The position numbers and the translations under genes were made by a program. This document shows, piece after piece, positions 60,375 to 64,000 of a stretch of 64,000 nucleotides of DNA. The number at the start of each line of letters is the position of its first letter. The first letter of the stretch is position 1. Location of the stretch: assembly GCA_024642485.1 (NCBI GenBank), contig JAHEAY010000002.1:357-64356 (forward strand), in the 5' to 3' direction. The DNA comes from Cytophagaceae bacterium (GTDB lineage: Bacteria > Bacteroidota > Bacteroidia > Cytophagales > Spirosomataceae). The notes under the pieces were generated by a model that saw only the letters and a program-made list of their open reading frames with translations, was not told where the DNA came from and made no database searches.

Positions 60375-61634
60375 ATGAACCGCTTAATCGAATACATGTT
60401 GAAATTACCCAAAGGCCCTAAGATTATTGGTGCACTGTCCATTTGCACACTCATTGGATTATTAATCTCTTCGCATCCCACGAAAAGTTTTTTTCATGTT
60501 AAAACGAACATCGAGAAACGCAATGACAGTTTAGCCAATTTATTCAACCCGGAAATTGCCAAACAAAAATCGATCAAGCTCGACACCTTCTTCTCCAAGC
60601 TACAAGCTAAATCCGGATTCAATGGGGCTGTGCTCGTTGCTCAATACGGTAAAATTATTTACAAGAAAGGGTTTGGCTATGCCAATTACTTTACCAAAAG
60701 CAATATTAATACGCATACCCACTTTCAATTAGCCTCAGTCTCCAAACAATTTACCGCTGTTGCCATCATGCAATTACATGAAAAGGGGTTATTGAATTAC
60801 GATGATGCGATCTACAAACATATTCCAGGTTTTCCTTACGATTCTAGTTTAACCATCCGCAGTTTATTGACGCATCGCTCAGGTTTGTCCGACTATGCCT
60901 ATAACATGGACAAGGTTTACGACAAGAAAATCCCTTTGACAAATCAAAAGGTCGTAGAAATGATGATTCGCCTAAAGCCGCATATCGACTACCGACCTAA
61001 TGCAAAATTTAGCTACAACAATACCAATTATATGTTGCTGGCTTACATCGTCGAAAAGTTAAGCGGCATGAATTTCAGAGAATATGCCAAAAAGAATCTC
61101 TTTGAACCCGCAGGCATGTCGGAATCATTCATTTACGACCCCATGCATCCCGAAATGCTCAGAACCGCTGCAACAGGTTATGTCCCTCGTCGAGGAGGAC
61201 CTGTCGTTTCTGAATTCAACCATTTGGACGGTGTAACGGGCGACAAAGGAATTTATTCGACCGTAGAGGATCTATACCACTGGGATGTGGCACTGAATGA
61301 AGAGAAGTTGGTGAAATTCGCAACCCTAGAGGAAGCGTTCACGCCCCAACACACCACTCCGAAAGTATTAGCTAAAAACTATGGCTTCGGCTGGCGCCTC
61401 GCCCAACTCGATAATGGAGAATGGCTTACCTATCACACCGGTTGGTGGCACGGATTCAAAAACTATTACCTGCATAACCCCAAAGACAATTCTGCCATTA
61501 TCATTTTAGGCAACATGGCAAACCATGCTCTAGGGCGCGTGAATATTGTCCAATCCATTTTATATCCTGAAAAGGCAAACTTGTTCATGAAGGGAGAACC
61601 TTTACCCACTGAATTTGTCCTTGGAGGCAACTAA
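60375..61634 (+). CDS. Serine hydrolase, beta-lactamase class C/AmpH-like family
   Basis: SVSK, LLTHRSG, YNN and HTG motifs. Confidence 0.87.
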   Translation: MNRLIEYMLKLPKGPKIIGALSICTLIGLLISSHPTKSFFHVKTNIEKRNDSLANLFNPEIAKQKSIKLDTFFSKLQAKSGFNGAVLVAQYGKIIYKKGFGYANYFTKSNINTHTHFQLASVSKQFTAVAIMQLHEKGLLNYDDAIYKHIPGFPYDSSLTIRSLLTHRSGLSDYAYNMDKVYDKKIPLTNQKVVEMMIRLKPHIDYRPNAKFSYNNTNYMLLAYIVEKLSGMNFREYAKKNLFEPAGMSESFIYDPMHPEMLRTAATGYVPRRGGPVVSEFNHLDGVTGDKGIYSTVEDLYHWDVALNEEKLVKFATLEEAFTPQHTTPKVLAKNYGFGWRLAQLDNGEWLTYHTGWWHGFKNYYLHNPKDNSAIIILGNMANHALGRVNIVQSILYPEKANLFMKGEPLPTEFVLGGN

Positions 61635-61645
61635 ATAAAAAGCAC

Positions 61646-62164
61646 ATGAAAAGATCAATCACATTAAGCTTTTGCCTAGTATTAATTAGCCTATTTGCAT
61701 TTGGACAAAGTCCGGATGAGGCGATAAAAGCAACGGTCAACAATTATTTCGAAGGCCTAACGACCGGTGACACAGCCAAACTAGGCAAGGCCTTTCATTC
61801 ATCGGCTATTTTACGTACCGTTAATGCGAGCACAGGTAAGATTCAAGATTTCCCTATCAAAACCTTTATTTCCAAAACTCCAGCCGGCGGTGTGAAAGCA
61901 ACGGCAAAACTGATCAGCTATTCGTATGCAGGCATTTCAGGTTTGGCTGCTGCAGAATTGCAATTCGCCGACTTCAAATACATCGACTTATTAAGCTTAT
62001 TACAGGTCAATGGGGAGTGGAAAATCGTAACCCGCGTTTTCAGTCGGGTAGATTTAGATGTAAATCTCAAGGGCAACGGATCTTCAAGCCCCAAAGCTTC
62101 AGCTCCTACTCCAGCGAAAAAAAGTCCAGCAAATATCAAGCCTAAAAAGGATGATGGTTGGTAG
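61646..62164 (+). CDS. NTF2-like (lumazine-binding 2 type) exported protein with Lys/Pro-rich tail
   Basis: I..TV..YF.G...GD...L..AFH; YIDLLSL.....WKI. Confidence 0.7.
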   Translation: MKRSITLSFCLVLISLFAFGQSPDEAIKATVNNYFEGLTTGDTAKLGKAFHSSAILRTVNASTGKIQDFPIKTFISKTPAGGVKATAKLISYSYAGISGLAAAELQFADFKYIDLLSLLQVNGEWKIVTRVFSRVDLDVNLKGNGSSSPKASAPTPAKKSPANIKPKKDDGW

Positions 62165-62322
62165 ACATTGGACTTTGGACGTTTGACGTCGGAAGAATAT
62201 AGAGTGGGGACTTGGCGACTAAATCCCCAGACTGAAGTCTGGGGTTAATAATTTATAACCCCAGGTTTTAACCAGGAGAAAAAGACGCAAAAGCGTCTCT
62301 AACGTCCAAAGTCCAGCGTCTA
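62162..62322. repeat. Composite inverted-repeat element (heptamer-built outer IRs, inner palindrome pair)
   Basis: 62162-62183 and 62301-62322 are 20/22 reverse-complementary; inner CCCCAGAC-TGAA-GTCTGGGG. Confidence 0.7.
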
Positions 62323-62326
62323 ACGA

Positions 62327-62797
62327 CTATCTGTGCAACACCGATAGCGCAATCGAACTCAGCAACATCAATATCCCCAACACAAAAAACACCGTTGGAT
62401 TCAACACAGGAATTGAGGACTCATTCAAAGAAGCCTCATAAGGATTTTCCGTCAAATAACGCACAGGTATCTCCTGCCCCACTTCACAATTTTTCGCTAA
62501 ACCTTTATCAGCTTCCCGACGAAACTCACTTCCATTCACATAATAAGATACGATGGGAAAATAAATAGGGAACCGACCTGAATGATCATCCCTGGCATAA
62601 CGCTTCGATATTTCAACAATCTTGCCATAGGTCATCTTCGAGTGTGCGATCCACTCCTTACGTTTTTGGTAAAGAATAACACCAACCCCAATTAATGCCA
62701 AAGCTATAAATGAAAATAACACCAAAAACAAGGTCATGGAACCTTGAAATGTACCCGTAGGTCTTCCCGAAATCAACAAAACTCCAACTAAATTCAT
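62327..62797 (-). CDS. DUF3592-like small membrane protein
   Basis: TM, G.IV, YFPIVSY, VGQEIPVRY...NP, TM. Confidence 0.65.
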   Translation of the reverse strand: MNLVGVLLISGRPTGTFQGSMTLFLVLFSFIALALIGVGVILYQKRKEWIAHSKMTYGKIVEISKRYARDDHSGRFPIYFPIVSYYVNGSEFRREADKGLAKNCEVGQEIPVRYLTENPYEASLNESSIPVLNPTVFFVLGILMLLSSIALSVLHR

Positions 62798-63103
62798 ACC
62801 AAATATAAATGCAGAAGGCTACCTGCCCTTCAAATTTTCATCAAAAAACGCACAAAAAATACTGAAAATCAAATACTTACACCTTAGGCAAAAAAGCCTA
62901 ATAAGTTCCATTTACAAGCCCAGAATTAACAATTTTGCAAAATCCAATAAAACAGGATACCAATTTGACCCATTCTCGGAAAAAATAGGAGAATTTTCGG
63001 AAAATAGCATTTCAAAATCAAGCCCATAAGCTCAAAAATATATTTTCTTAAAATTTGATATTTCTTTCAAATTTGTATTTTTGACCCGCAAGAAACCTAT
63101 AAA

Positions 63104-64000
63104 ATGAAAAATTCGACTAAAATTCAACTCATGACAATGATGTTCCTCATGTTCTTTGGATGGGGAGCCTGGTACGGCCAGATGAGTAAATATTTATTAA
63201 GTACACTACATGCCACGGGAGATCAAGTTGGCAATGCTTACCTAACCTTTGCCCTCGCTTCTTTAGTCGCACCTTTTTTCGTTGGATTAATTGCCGACCG
63301 CTTTTTTGCCGCACAAAAAGTGATGGGTGTTTTAAATATCATTGGAGGAGGAATCCTCTATCTGTTAAGCCAAACGACTGACCCCGAAGTTTTCTTTTGG
63401 TATATCTTAGCATACACGCTATGCTTTGCACCTAACCTTGCCCTATCCAATTCCATTGCCATGAAACAAATGCAAAATCCCGAAAAGGAATTTGCCAACA
63501 TCCGAGTTACCGGAACCATCGCATGGATTGTTGTTACGAATATTATTGGATTTTATGCCTTAGGAGACAATGTGGCCATCTTCCACATCGCCATGTACAG
63601 CTCCTTCGTATTAGGAATTTATGCATTCTTTTTACCCGATACCCCTCCCAAAGCCGACAAAAATGCTTCTGTCGCACAGATTGTAGGTTTGGACGCACTC
63701 CAACTATTCAAAGATCGATCTTTTCTCATCTTCTTTATCTCTTCGATTCTCATCTGCATACCACTTTCATTCTACTATGCGATGGCCAATCCATCGCTGA
63801 CAGATGCTCACATGAGCAATGTCGAGAACAAAATGTCCTTGGGTCAAGTGTCCGAAGTCGTTTTCATGTTACTGATTCCTATCGCCTTCGTGCGCCTAGG
63901 AGTGAAAAAGATGTTGATCGTGGGCCTAGTTGCCTGGATTATCCGTTTCCTTTGCTTCGGCTACGGAGATGGTATTTCGAGCGAATGGATCCTATTTATT
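63104..64000 (+). CDS. MFS nucleoside:H+ symporter family permease (runs off the window end)
   Basis: MKNSTKIQL..MMFLMFFGWGAW, IADRFFAAQKV, IRVTGTIAW, LGQVSEV; TATTTTTG promoter at 63076. Confidence 0.85.
   Translation, partial: MKNSTKIQLMTMMFLMFFGWGAWYGQMSKYLLSTLHATGDQVGNAYLTFALASLVAPFFVGLIADRFFAAQKVMGVLNIIGGGILYLLSQTTDPEVFFWYILAYTLCFAPNLALSNSIAMKQMQNPEKEFANIRVTGTIAWIVVTNIIGFYALGDNVAIFHIAMYSSFVLGIYAFFLPDTPPKADKNASVAQIVGLDALQLFKDRSFLIFFISSILICIPLSFYYAMANPSLTDAHMSNVENKMSLGQVSEVVFMLLIPIAFVRLGVKKMLIVGLVAWIIRFLCFGYGDGISSEWILFI

Noticed and set aside
60375-61634. Antibiotic-resistance beta-lactamase
   Set aside because: Motifs fit the broad serine hydrolase/AmpH-like family; housekeeping context, no mobility signs
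62162-62322. Invertible (phase-variable) promoter between inverted repeats
   Set aside because: Lies between convergent 3' ends, has no TAnnTTTG inside and no recombinase nearby
62798-63103. AT-rich 300-bp gap as a possible sRNA or recombination site
   Set aside because: Only a promoter motif for the permease is supportable; no convincing stem or repeat

Overview
Gene-dense chromosomal window from a Bacteroidota genome. Evidence: TAnnTTTG promoters, a SusC/SusD pair and a T9SS C-terminal domain; a Cytophagales (Aquirufa-like) origin is inference. Most genes are housekeeping or metabolic (ptrB, prmC, rimO, rpmB, accD, yebC, serC with a serB-serA fusion, hemA, recX, tyrA, yidD). There is also a probable 3-keto-glycoside oxidation cluster and a 16-kb CAZyme-free SusCD locus with three FG-GAP/VCBS lipoproteins, one carrying a heme c motif. 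The best non-annotated signal is a 21-codon leader peptide with 7 Tyr codons (37271-37336), apparently leaderless, followed by mutually exclusive antiterminator/terminator hairpins just upstream of an aminotransferase-tyrA operon, i.e. a candidate tyrosine-sensing attenuator. Also present are a dispersed palindromic REP-like repeat with compensatory changes (3 copies) and a nested inverted-repeat element at about 62.2 kb. No tRNA, rRNA, CRISPR array, transposase or integrase was seen. All family assignments are from motif recognition by eye, not database searches.
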